This document shows positions 27,422-35,683 of a stretch of DNA of 64,000 nucleotides, in pieces. The stretch covers positions 2,112,001 to 2,176,000 of the forward strand of contig OZ242180.1 of assembly GCA_965205485.1 (NCBI GenBank), in the 5' to 3' direction. The number at the start of each line of letters is the position of its first letter. Position 1 is the first letter of the stretch. The position numbers and the translations under genes are program-made. Source of the DNA: Candidatus Latescibacterota bacterium (lineage in GTDB: Bacteria > Latescibacterota > UBA2968 > GCA-2709665). The notes under the pieces are model-generated. The model was given only the letters and a program-made list of their open reading frames with translations, searched no databases and had not been told where the DNA came from.

Positions 27422-29815
27422 ATTCTACGCAACTTTCTCACAGTCGCCATCCGGCACATCATTCGCCAACGTTTATATACGCTTGCCAATCTCCTCGGAT
27501 TGAGCGTTGGTCTGGCGTGCATGCTCCTGACGTGGCTCTACGTCGTCCACGAAACCAGCTTCGACACGTTTCGCCCCGGGGCCGATCGCACCTATCGGGT
27601 ATTGCGGCAACTGACCACGCCCTACAAAATGGATTTCCAGATTGAGGCTCATGCTGCGCTCACACCCGAAATGGTCGAATCCATCGCCGAAATCGAATCT
27701 GCCAACCGCATACGCCCGGGCCATCGGTGGGTGCAATACCGCCAGTTTGCGCAACGCCGCGCGTTCTGGTATACCGATCCCAACTACCTCGTATTCTGGG
27801 GGATCAAGTTAACGCGTGGCGATCTCCACAAGGCTCTCAGGCAACCCGGCGGTGTGGTCCTCTCGAAAGCGGCCGTTGCCGAATTCTTCCCGACCGGCGA
27901 AGACCCGATGGGCAAGGTGCTCAAAGGTCAGTGGGGCGATTACGTTGTCACCGGAATTCTGGAAGAGCAGCCGCGCAACACGCATTTCAATCCCCACTTT
28001 GTAACCGCAACCCTGCCGGCAAGCGTCCGGGATGCCTGGTCCAACTGGGAACTCCGCACCTCATTTCGGTGGGTACAGACCTTTGTCCGTCTGCAAGAGG
28101 ATGCCGACCCGGAGCGAACCGAACAGAAATTGCGTGCGCTTTCCATACCCGAAGAGAACCCGGAAAACACGACCAGCCATCGCCTTCAATCGCTCTTGCG
28201 TACGCGTCTCTATGGACATGAAGATTTCCCGGAAGGCATCAGTGGTCCGGGCACCGGCATTGGCGCCGGCGATCTCAAGGCGGTTCGCTCCGTCGCGTCC
28301 ATTGGCATGCTCGCCTTATTCGTCGCCTGTATCAACTTCGTCAATCTCTCCACCGCGCGCGCGGCCCTTCGGGCCAGGGAAGTGGGTATGCGAAAGGTCG
28401 TTGGCGCAGGTCAGCGGCAGTTGGCATGCCAATTTCTCCTCGAGTCCGTCCTGCTCACCGTTCTCGCACTGCCCCTGTCCCTTGTTCTCACGGGCATGAC
28501 CGGGCCGTACTGGCAACATATCGTGGGACAAACGGATACGCTCTCTGCATTTTTGGAGCCGCAAATGGCGGTTTTACTCGTGGCCGCAACGGTTCTGGTC
28601 GGTCTGTTCTCGGGCGTCTATCCAGCCTTTCTTCTCAGCCGGGTCTCCCCCATTGCCGCACTGCACAGCCAATCCCCCACGGGGTCAGGCGGTTCGTTGC
28701 CGCGCAGGGTTTTCATGATCCTTCAGTTTGCCGTCTCCGTTTTTCTCGTTTACGTCGCGCTTGTCGCCTTTGTCCAGCTCGACCATGTCCTGAAGAAAGA
28801 TCTGGGGTTCAAAAAAGAAAACATCCTGGCGCTCCGCATCTTCGACGTCGACCGATCGCTGAGAAACTCATACAACGAAGTGAAACAGCGCTTTCTCGAA
28901 CATCCCAATGTGCTCGCGGCAACCGCATCCGCCAGCCTTCCAGGCGAGGGCTGGACGAGCAGAAAAGAAATGGCCGTGGATCCATCGGGCGCTGTCTTTG
29001 AGATACGGCAGTACGCCATTGACGAAGATCTATTCCCCATGATCGGCGTCAGCCTCGTTGCGGGGCGCAATTTTTCCGCTGACATCAAGAGTGATTTTGA
29101 GAGCGCAACTATCCTGAACGAGACAGCGGTGGAGAAACTCGGACTTGAAAATCCGGTTGGAAAACCGTTCAAACTGCTCGATAATGAGGGCTGGATCATC
29201 GGCGTCGTAGAGGACTTTCACATGCGCCGGTTGACCGAAAGACTCCACGCCAATGCCTTTGTTCTGCGCCCGCGTTCCTTTCGGGTGGTCAACCTGCGGC
29301 TCGCCGCCGGAAACATCGGCGAAACCATGCGGGGCCTCGAAGAAATCTGGAAGACCTATATTCCGGTTCGTCCATTCATGTATGCGTTTCTCGATGACCG
29401 GCTGGAGATCAACTACGGCAAATACCTGCGATTCCAACGCATTTTTGCCGTTGGATTCGGAGTCTCGTTTCTCATCGCATCCATCGGCCTGCTTGGCCTT
29501 GCAGCCCACACGTGCGAACGCCGCCGAAAAGAGATTGGCATTCGCAAGGTCTTCGGCGCATCCATTGGCAAAATCGCGATCCTGTTGGGCGCCGAATTCA
29601 CAAAGCTGGTGCTTGTCGCCAATCTCATTGCGTGGCCGTTTGCTTATGTCCTCATGCAAGACTGGCTGCAAGATTTCGCTTATCGAGCGAACATGGGCCC
29701 GTTCCCCTTTCTCTTCACGGCATTGGGATCTGTTATCGCCACGTTGCTGGTTGTCGGATTCCAGTGCTTTAGAGCCTCCAATGCCAATCCCATAGAGGCT
29801 CTGCGCCACGAATAA
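27422..29815 (+). CDS. Second MacB/FtsX-type ABC permease (proposed ATT start; first canonical start TTG 27500)
   Basis: ILRNFLTVAIRHIIRQR N-terminus, VACINFVNLSTARA..REVGMRKVVGA, RRKEIGIRKVFGAS, NPIEALRHE. Confidence 0.88.
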   Translation: MLRNFLTVAIRHIIRQRLYTLANLLGLSVGLACMLLTWLYVVHETSFDTFRPGADRTYRVLRQLTTPYKMDFQIEAHAALTPEMVESIAEIESANRIRPGHRWVQYRQFAQRRAFWYTDPNYLVFWGIKLTRGDLHKALRQPGGVVLSKAAVAEFFPTGEDPMGKVLKGQWGDYVVTGILEEQPRNTHFNPHFVTATLPASVRDAWSNWELRTSFRWVQTFVRLQEDADPERTEQKLRALSIPEENPENTTSHRLQSLLRTRLYGHEDFPEGISGPGTGIGAGDLKAVRSVASIGMLALFVACINFVNLSTARAALRAREVGMRKVVGAGQRQLACQFLLESVLLTVLALPLSLVLTGMTGPYWQHIVGQTDTLSAFLEPQMAVLLVAATVLVGLFSGVYPAFLLSRVSPIAALHSQSPTGSGGSLPRRVFMILQFAVSVFLVYVALVAFVQLDHVLKKDLGFKKENILALRIFDVDRSLRNSYNEVKQRFLEHPNVLAATASASLPGEGWTSRKEMAVDPSGAVFEIRQYAIDEDLFPMIGVSLVAGRNFSADIKSDFESATILNETAVEKLGLENPVGKPFKLLDNEGWIIGVVEDFHMRRLTERLHANAFVLRPRSFRVVNLRLAAGNIGETMRGLEEIWKTYIPVRPFMYAFLDDRLEINYGKYLRFQRIFAVGFGVSFLIASIGLLGLAAHTCERRRKEIGIRKVFGASIGKIAILLGAEFTKLVLVANLIAWPFAYVLMQDWLQDFAYRANMGPFPFLFTALGSVIATLLVVGFQCFRASNANPIEALRHE

Positions 29816-29882
29816 CAGTACAGCAGGATTGACCGCAATCCGAAAAAAGACGCCAGTCAAATCGGCCACAAAAGCCTGAATG

Positions 29883-30091
29883 AGGGGAGACGGTAGAGGT
29901 GAGAAAATCGGGTAGAGGGAAGAGGGTAGACGGTAGAAGAAGCCCTTGCCCGCTGTGTTTTTCCTCCTTGCCTTCGGCACGACAAGAAACCTTAATAGGC
30001 AGGTAATCTCTCCCCTCTCCCGTCTTCCCTCTCACCGGGTGGTGGGTCCGGGTGTGGTCCTCTCCCCCTCTCCCGTCTTACGTCTACCCGC
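29883..30091. repeat. 7-nt periodic inverted-arm repeat element
   Basis: Purine arm (GGGAGAC/GGTAGAG/GGGAAGA) and two pyrimidine arms (TCTCCCC/TCTCCCG/TCTTCCC/TCTACCC). Confidence 0.7.
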
Positions 30092-30144
30092 TTCTGAGGG
30101 GCCGGGATGATCACTCACGGACTTGACGTGGAAGGAGCATAGTC

Positions 30145-30702
30145 ATGTGGATACCTGATGCGAACGTCTCGCGACATCACGCCGACATCCTTACCGTGAT
30201 CAATTACTATCGCATGTTCGCCGGTGGGATGGACGTGGTTCTGTACCCGCCGGTGCGCCTCAATTACGGCGGGAAGTCGGACTGTATGGTCTATCCGAAC
30301 GTGGGCGTGATCGTGCGCAGAAACGGCCCCAGGCAGATCTGCAGAAAAAACCACGATCATCAGGTCTATGAAGGCCCGCCGAATTTCGTGCTGGAGATCG
30401 AGTCCAAGCATGGATTCACGGACCTGGGCAAGAAACGTCAGATCTATGAAGCGTCGGGGGTACAGGAGGGATTGTTCCTGGAAAACGGTAAACCGGCCAC
30501 GTGGTACCAGCTTCGAGGGGGGAAGTTCGAGGTACTCGGTCAGGAGCCGGCCGGCATCGTCGAGAGCAGGGCCCTTCCCGGATTCGTCCTTGACTTCGGT
30601 AAATTCAGGGAACACAGGTGGCTGCAGATGATGGAGGACATCAAGGTGAGTGTCGAGACGACGGATGTGCAGAGAGAGCTTGCGCAGGAATACGGAATGT
30701 GA
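30145..30702 (+). CDS. Uma2/DUF820-family endonuclease-like protein, divergent
   Basis: YEGPPNFVLEIES, DLGKKRQIYEASGVQE, ESRALPGF. Confidence 0.7.
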   Translation: MWIPDANVSRHHADILTVINYYRMFAGGMDVVLYPPVRLNYGGKSDCMVYPNVGVIVRRNGPRQICRKNHDHQVYEGPPNFVLEIESKHGFTDLGKKRQIYEASGVQEGLFLENGKPATWYQLRGGKFEVLGQEPAGIVESRALPGFVLDFGKFREHRWLQMMEDIKVSVETTDVQRELAQEYGM

Positions 30703-30704
30703 GG

Positions 30705-30970
30705 ACGAGAATACGAATAGGCGAGAATACGAGAATACGAAAAACCAATACACAAGAATACGAGAATATGAGAGAACCAGAAGACGAATGATATATTCCC
30801 GCTTTTTCGTAGTTTCGCTCCTTCGTAGTTTCGTTCTTTCGTAGTCCCGCTTTTTCGTAGTATCGTTCTCTCGTAGTTTCGCCGTTTCGTTCTTTCGTAG
30901 TCTCGCGCTTTCGCCGTTTCGCTTTTTCGTAGTCTCGTTTTCTCGTAGTTTCGTTCCCTCGTAGTTTCGT
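30705..30970 (+). repeat. 8-nt periodic inverted-arm repeat element, copy 2 (expanded)
   Basis: About 11 ACGAGAAT-type units and about 21 TTTCGTAG-type units around the same core as the copy at 20310. Confidence 0.88.
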
Positions 30971-31015
30971 AAAGCCCCGAAAAGTGACGAATCAAGGATA
31001 AATGGAGGAACAGCA

Positions 31016-32710
31016 ATGGCCAACAACGGATCGTTTAGGGTCGCCGATCTATGCGAGGCGGCAGCCAGCGGCGACGTGTCGAGGATCAAACGGATACTTG
31101 GCGAACAACCCGATCTGGTAAACGTACACATGGCGGAGAACAACGAACACCGCGCGATTCATTACGCGGTGATGAACCGGCACATCGATGCGGTCCGCAT
31201 TCTCATGGAAGCGGGCGCGGACCACAACTCCGGCATCTATCCCCACCGCGATGCCACCGGCGCGTTTACCATGGCCCGGGAACGCGGCCTGGACGACATC
31301 GTCCACGTGATCAGGGAAGAAGACGAAAGGCGCAAGCTGGCTGCCTGCAAGAATATCACCATCACCGACGAGAACGACGCGCTCTTCGAAGCCGTCAGGG
31401 AGGGTCGAGACGAGGCCGCGCTCGACGCTCTGGATCGGCATCCCGAATTGCTGGATGCCTGTCATCGCAACGGCGGGAGCGTCATTCACGCCGCGGCATC
31501 GCACGGTCGTTATCGACTTGTTCGCGAACTGCTCGATCGCGGCGCCGATATCACCCATCTCACGCCCGAGGGCCAATCGCCCCTCGACGGCGCGGTCCTT
31601 AATGTACGCGGGCGAAACAGGCCGCTCAACGAAGGGTGTCTGATCTGCGCGGGCATCCTGCTCCAGGCGGGATGCGAGCATTCCATCGAATCCGCCGTCG
31701 CCCTGGGGGATTTCGAGTTTGTTCGTGCGTTCGCGAAGGCGCATCCCGAACGCTTTCAGTCCGACGACAGTGAGCACAACGGCCTTCTGACGATCGCGGT
31801 CCAGAATGACAATATCGACATGGTGCGTATGCTGCTCGACCTCGGTCTGCACCCGGACGACAGGCATCAGCTGCACCACTACGAAACCAGGCCGTATTCG
31901 TGGGGCGGGCCCCTGTCCGATGCGGCGGGCAATTCCCGCTATGAAATTGCCGAACTCCTGCTGGAGCGGGGCGCCGATCCCAACGCCAGCATCTATGCCA
32001 GCGCCAATCCCGTGGGTGCGGCGTACAACAACCGCGATGATCGGATGAAGGGACTGTTGTTCCGATACGGAGGCGTTCTGGATCACATTACCATTGGACT
32101 CGAGGCTGAAACCGCCGCCGGCGCGGTTGCCCTCCACAACGACCCGTCGATCGCGGAGAAGCTGCTCTGGGCTGCGGGTTGCGGCGGCGACCCCGATATT
32201 GTGGGGATGTGCCTGAGGAAACTCGACTGGGGACCCGACGACGGTCGCTGGTTCGGCCTGCTGGAGCAGCCGCTGCGCCTGTGGCGGACCAACCCTCACC
32301 GCAAGTTCCGCGACTTTGACCGCACGGTCTATCCCGAAATCTTCCGGATGATCCTGGACCACGGCGCGAACCCCAATCTCGTCGGGCGTTTCGGGTACCG
32401 GCTGGCGCACCACCTGGCAGCCTGCGGGATCGTCTGGGGCGAGCCCATAATGACCGAGCGCGAACGGACAGCTTTCGCCACCATCCTTCTCGACCACGGC
32501 GCCGACTTGAACGTCGTCGACGACCTCCTGCAATCCACACCCCTCGGTTGGGCTGTGAGATGGGGCAAGCACGAACTGGCGCGACTGTACCTGGAACGCG
32601 GGGCCGACCCCACGCTGGCCGGCGCCGACTGGGCCACGCCCCTCGCCTGGGCGAACAAAAAAGGAGATGAGGCCGCTGCGGACCTCATCTCCAGATACGC
32701 TGATTCCTGA
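31016..32710 (+). CDS. Ankyrin-repeat protein
   Basis: Multiple ANK repeats: AIHYAV..LMEAGAD, VIHAAA..LLDRGAD, PLSDAA..LLERGADPN, TPLGWAV..LERGADP; GGAGG SD. Confidence 0.92.
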   Translation: MANNGSFRVADLCEAAASGDVSRIKRILGEQPDLVNVHMAENNEHRAIHYAVMNRHIDAVRILMEAGADHNSGIYPHRDATGAFTMARERGLDDIVHVIREEDERRKLAACKNITITDENDALFEAVREGRDEAALDALDRHPELLDACHRNGGSVIHAAASHGRYRLVRELLDRGADITHLTPEGQSPLDGAVLNVRGRNRPLNEGCLICAGILLQAGCEHSIESAVALGDFEFVRAFAKAHPERFQSDDSEHNGLLTIAVQNDNIDMVRMLLDLGLHPDDRHQLHHYETRPYSWGGPLSDAAGNSRYEIAELLLERGADPNASIYASANPVGAAYNNRDDRMKGLLFRYGGVLDHITIGLEAETAAGAVALHNDPSIAEKLLWAAGCGGDPDIVGMCLRKLDWGPDDGRWFGLLEQPLRLWRTNPHRKFRDFDRTVYPEIFRMILDHGANPNLVGRFGYRLAHHLAACGIVWGEPIMTERERTAFATILLDHGADLNVVDDLLQSTPLGWAVRWGKHELARLYLERGADPTLAGADWATPLAWANKKGDEAAADLISRYADS

Positions 32711-32788
32711 TTTCGGATTGCGGTATGGGTACAATGTCAACGATTGTTGTCGTGCCTGCGTTATGGTTGTCGGAACGACCCGTCGATG

Positions 32789-32841
32789 CGTGGTCATTGA
32801 GCATGCCGGCATTGAGCTTGTCGAAATGTCGAAATGCCCGC
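32789..32841. repeat. REP-like family C copy with internal duplications
   Basis: CGTGGTCATTGAGC..ATTGAGCTTGTCGAAATGTCGAAATGCCCGC. Confidence 0.7.
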
Positions 32842-32908
32842 GTCCTGGCCGCCCTCTGGCAGGTTCGTGTTGCATCTCAGCGGTCACGCGCTCCGGGTGA
32901 CAAATCGC

Positions 32909-34177
32909 CTACCCGTCCAAATCCACCGTATACCTGACGCAATCCGCCGCGAAGTCCTCCGGCTTTTCCATGTCGTCCCATCCCATGCGTCGATACTGCT
33001 CCGGAAGCGTAATGATCAGTTGACCGGTCCTTCTGTCTTCGTACCACCCGAAGTTGGTATATCTCACGTTTTCGTGCGCATCGTCGGGCCTGTCCTGAAT
33101 CAGCCTGACCGAGTCCTTCACGATACACGCATTGCCCGTGTCGAATTCGGCGATCTGCAGCGGATATCGAGGGATCTGCCCATAAACCGGGCCATCCAGG
33201 ATATTGGCGATCCAGTAGGTCTTGCCTGTAACGGAGGATTCATAAAAGGCCGTACACGAAGCGGGCGTCCAGACGTTTGATCCGTCGTCGTACAGCAGCG
33301 GCTCCGGCTGCGACCAGTTCATCCCGCCGTCTTCCGAAACGGCGGAGTAGGGGATGGTATAGCTGCCCGTCGCCTCGTTGCCCTGACATCTCATGGTGGC
33401 GAACAGCGCGCCCGATTCCAGCGCCGTGATCGATGGTTCGCAGCATCCAATTCTGGATTTCCCGGGCGGTACTTCGATAAAATCTCCGAATTCCCAGTCA
33501 AATCCGCTCCCGTCTTCTTTCCAGTGTCCCCTCGCGCAGACCACCCTGAAGCACCAGGGTCTGGTACCGTCCAGTCGTTCGTACTCCGTGAAGGGCGCCA
33601 GCACCGACCCGTCCGCCATCCAGATGCAGTGGGTTCCGTTGAGGATTCCGCCGCGAACGCCATACTCGAAGCCCGGGCCCCAGCGGTCCGCGTCGAAACC
33701 GTCCCCCCGGGCGACGATCTGGACGGGATCGCTCCACGTCACGCCCTGATCCGCGGATACGCTGTAAAATGCGCGGTAAGCGCCCTGATTGATGTAACCG
33801 TAGCATCGCTTGTCTGCCTTTTGCCCCCTGTGAAACCGCACCAGCACGTCGTTCTTCGCATCCAGGCTGAATCCCGCCGGCATCAACTGCTCTTCGGCGA
33901 TTCCCACGTCGAAGCGTACCCTCCCTCCCAATTCCGCCCACTGTGATCCGTTGTCGTCCGACACTCTCACCCAGTTGCCGTCGTAGCATGCATCCAGCGT
34001 CGTGCGTCCGTCGTCGTGATTCACCCATTGGAGGAGCTCGGACGTCACCGTTTCGACCATTCTCTCACCGGCCGCGCCCGTGTACGTCTGGCCGCTGGCG
34101 TAGAACGCGTGACGCCCGTCGCTGGGTATATAGGTGTTTTTGTCAACACCGGCGCCGACTCGCTCGTTGTCTTTCAT
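32909..34177 (-). CDS. Sialidase-like BNR/Asp-box beta-propeller protein
   Basis: Asp-boxes SDDNGSQW, SADQGVTW, SEDGGMNW; CEPSI; PRYPL. Confidence 0.78.
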   Translation of the reverse strand: MKDNERVGAGVDKNTYIPSDGRHAFYASGQTYTGAAGERMVETVTSELLQWVNHDDGRTTLDACYDGNWVRVSDDNGSQWAELGGRVRFDVGIAEEQLMPAGFSLDAKNDVLVRFHRGQKADKRCYGYINQGAYRAFYSVSADQGVTWSDPVQIVARGDGFDADRWGPGFEYGVRGGILNGTHCIWMADGSVLAPFTEYERLDGTRPWCFRVVCARGHWKEDGSGFDWEFGDFIEVPPGKSRIGCCEPSITALESGALFATMRCQGNEATGSYTIPYSAVSEDGGMNWSQPEPLLYDDGSNVWTPASCTAFYESSVTGKTYWIANILDGPVYGQIPRYPLQIAEFDTGNACIVKDSVRLIQDRPDDAHENVRYTNFGWYEDRRTGQLIITLPEQYRRMGWDDMEKPEDFAADCVRYTVDLDG

Positions 34178-34231
34178 TTTTGTGGTCTCCTCGATATCCG
34201 GCGTGAACTGTTTTGGCGCGTAAAATCAATT

Positions 34232-34397
34232 GCCACAAAAGGCACAAAAACACAAAAGATCATGTCTTCCCAAATTCAGTTTCAGTTCTGCAGTGCAGCG
34301 ACCCGGTCATTTGTCCGATGGCCGCGAAACTCTTGACGCGATTGCGGACGTTTCCGTACCGCTTTGTACGTTCTGTGCCTTTTGTGTTTTTCGTGGC
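34232..34397. repeat. 9-nt periodic (GCACAAAA) inverted repeat pair
   Basis: GCCACAAAAGGCACAAAAACACAAAA ... TTCTGTGCCTTTTGTGTTTTTCGTGGC. Confidence 0.75.
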
Positions 34398-34417
34398 TGT
34401 TGTACCGCGCGTCCGAA

Positions 34418-35218
34418 TCATTCCTTGACAGCGTCCAGCGGTATATCGCCGACTTTTCTGATCCACGCCTGAGCCCAGGGCGCGGATTCGATCCCGATGT
34501 CGCAGGTGGTATTGGCAAGAAAGACGATGCTTTCAATGCGGCCTTCCCGGAGCCATCGGAGCCCAAGTTCGCACTGGTGTTCCATCTGCGGAATGGAGAC
34601 CGGGCGCCTGTTGTGGAAGTCCCAGAGATAGCACCCCAGGGATACCCGGCCGCCGGGATTGATCGCTTCCAGGCGGTCCAGGTTCCGTTCAAGGTCCTTC
34701 AGATCGTCGGAGTTCCAGGTCCAGAGATTGACCACGTCGCAGTATTCGAGGTAGGGCGCAACGGGAAGGTCGAACTGCTTGATGTAGAGGACGACCCAGA
34801 GATCCAGCTTTCGGCCGGCAACGTTCAGTCGCGGTCGAATGCCGGCGAGGTCATCCACGCTGAGGGCGCCCCGGCCGTTCTTTCGCATGAAGTCGTCCAG
34901 ATAGACGCCGGTGATGTTGGGATGGCTCCCGGCGAGGTCCAGCACGCGTTGCAGTTCGTCCCCTTCCACCTGGCCGCCGCTGCCCACGATGGACCAGGTG
35001 ACCTGTTTGAGCGACGAAAAGGTAACGGCAAACTGATCGTAAGGATACGCGGGCAGGCCCCGCCACCGGATCATATGCAGGTTGGGGACGTCAAGAAATA
35101 ACGCGCCTTCGGCGGGCGTCATCCGCGAGCCCTGCGTGTATCCGGCGGACGTGAGCGAGTCGTTGTCTGATCCGGCCACACAGGTGAAGATCCACAACCG
35201 GTCGCGTACGGCTTCCAT
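34418..35218 (-). CDS. Hypothetical protein, possible glycoside-hydrolase-like TIM barrel
   Basis: Clean 266-aa ORF in an operon-like position; PNITGVYLDDF, LWVVLY, DVVNLWTW, GCYLWDF beta/alpha pattern. Confidence 0.65.
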   Translation of the reverse strand: MEAVRDRLWIFTCVAGSDNDSLTSAGYTQGSRMTPAEGALFLDVPNLHMIRWRGLPAYPYDQFAVTFSSLKQVTWSIVGSGGQVEGDELQRVLDLAGSHPNITGVYLDDFMRKNGRGALSVDDLAGIRPRLNVAGRKLDLWVVLYIKQFDLPVAPYLEYCDVVNLWTWNSDDLKDLERNLDRLEAINPGGRVSLGCYLWDFHNRRPVSIPQMEHQCELGLRWLREGRIESIVFLANTTCDIGIESAPWAQAWIRKVGDIPLDAVKE

Positions 35219-35361
35219 TTAATGGCCTTTCGCCTGAAAATAACGTTTCAAGGGACGGTACACGCGTGAACAGTTATACGCGTGCCGGATTGCGCTTGTT
35301 CGAGGAAGAACCCCATTGTGAGGGAATTCACGATTCTCGACTGAGATCGCCATCGGTTCCG

Positions 35362-35517
35362 TGTCATTGGGAAGCAACGAGACCGCACGTGAGGCTGGAC
35401 GCAGCCACCAATGGCGAAAGTAAGCGGTATTGCGGGAGCGTGTCAACGGAAAACAAGGGCGGAACAGGAGATCCTTCGTCAGCCTGGCCCCCGCATGTCG
35501 GCCCTTTCAGGATGACA
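35362..35517. repeat. Degenerate REP-like pair (family D)
   Basis: TGTCATTGGGAAGCAACGAGA ... GAGATCCTTCG..TCAGGATGACA; related to TGTCATTCAGAAGCGCAGCGAAGAATCTC at 42086. Confidence 0.45.
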
Positions 35518-35683
35518 GTTTGTGCCGACAAGTCACCTATGCGTTTTGCGGATGTTTCGGCGACTTGGCGTACGTTTTGCAGGAAGAAACCCGCCAGGAG
35601 TGAAATGGACAGGTTATCGGGCGAATTCTCGAGCGTGGCCGAAGGCGATATAGAGGGAAGGTCGCCGCGTCAACCGATGTAGT

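Noticed and set aside
30705..30970. Possible CRISPR array
   Set aside because: The units are 8-nt tandem repeats with no unique spacers, and no cas genes are present
30115..31143. 342-aa minus-strand ORF with repetitive RENETTK sequence
   Set aside because: Translation of the 8-mer repeat, antisense to two plausible genes
31049..32887. 612-aa minus-strand ORF
   Set aside because: Antisense shadow of the ankyrin gene, expected at high GC; no motifs
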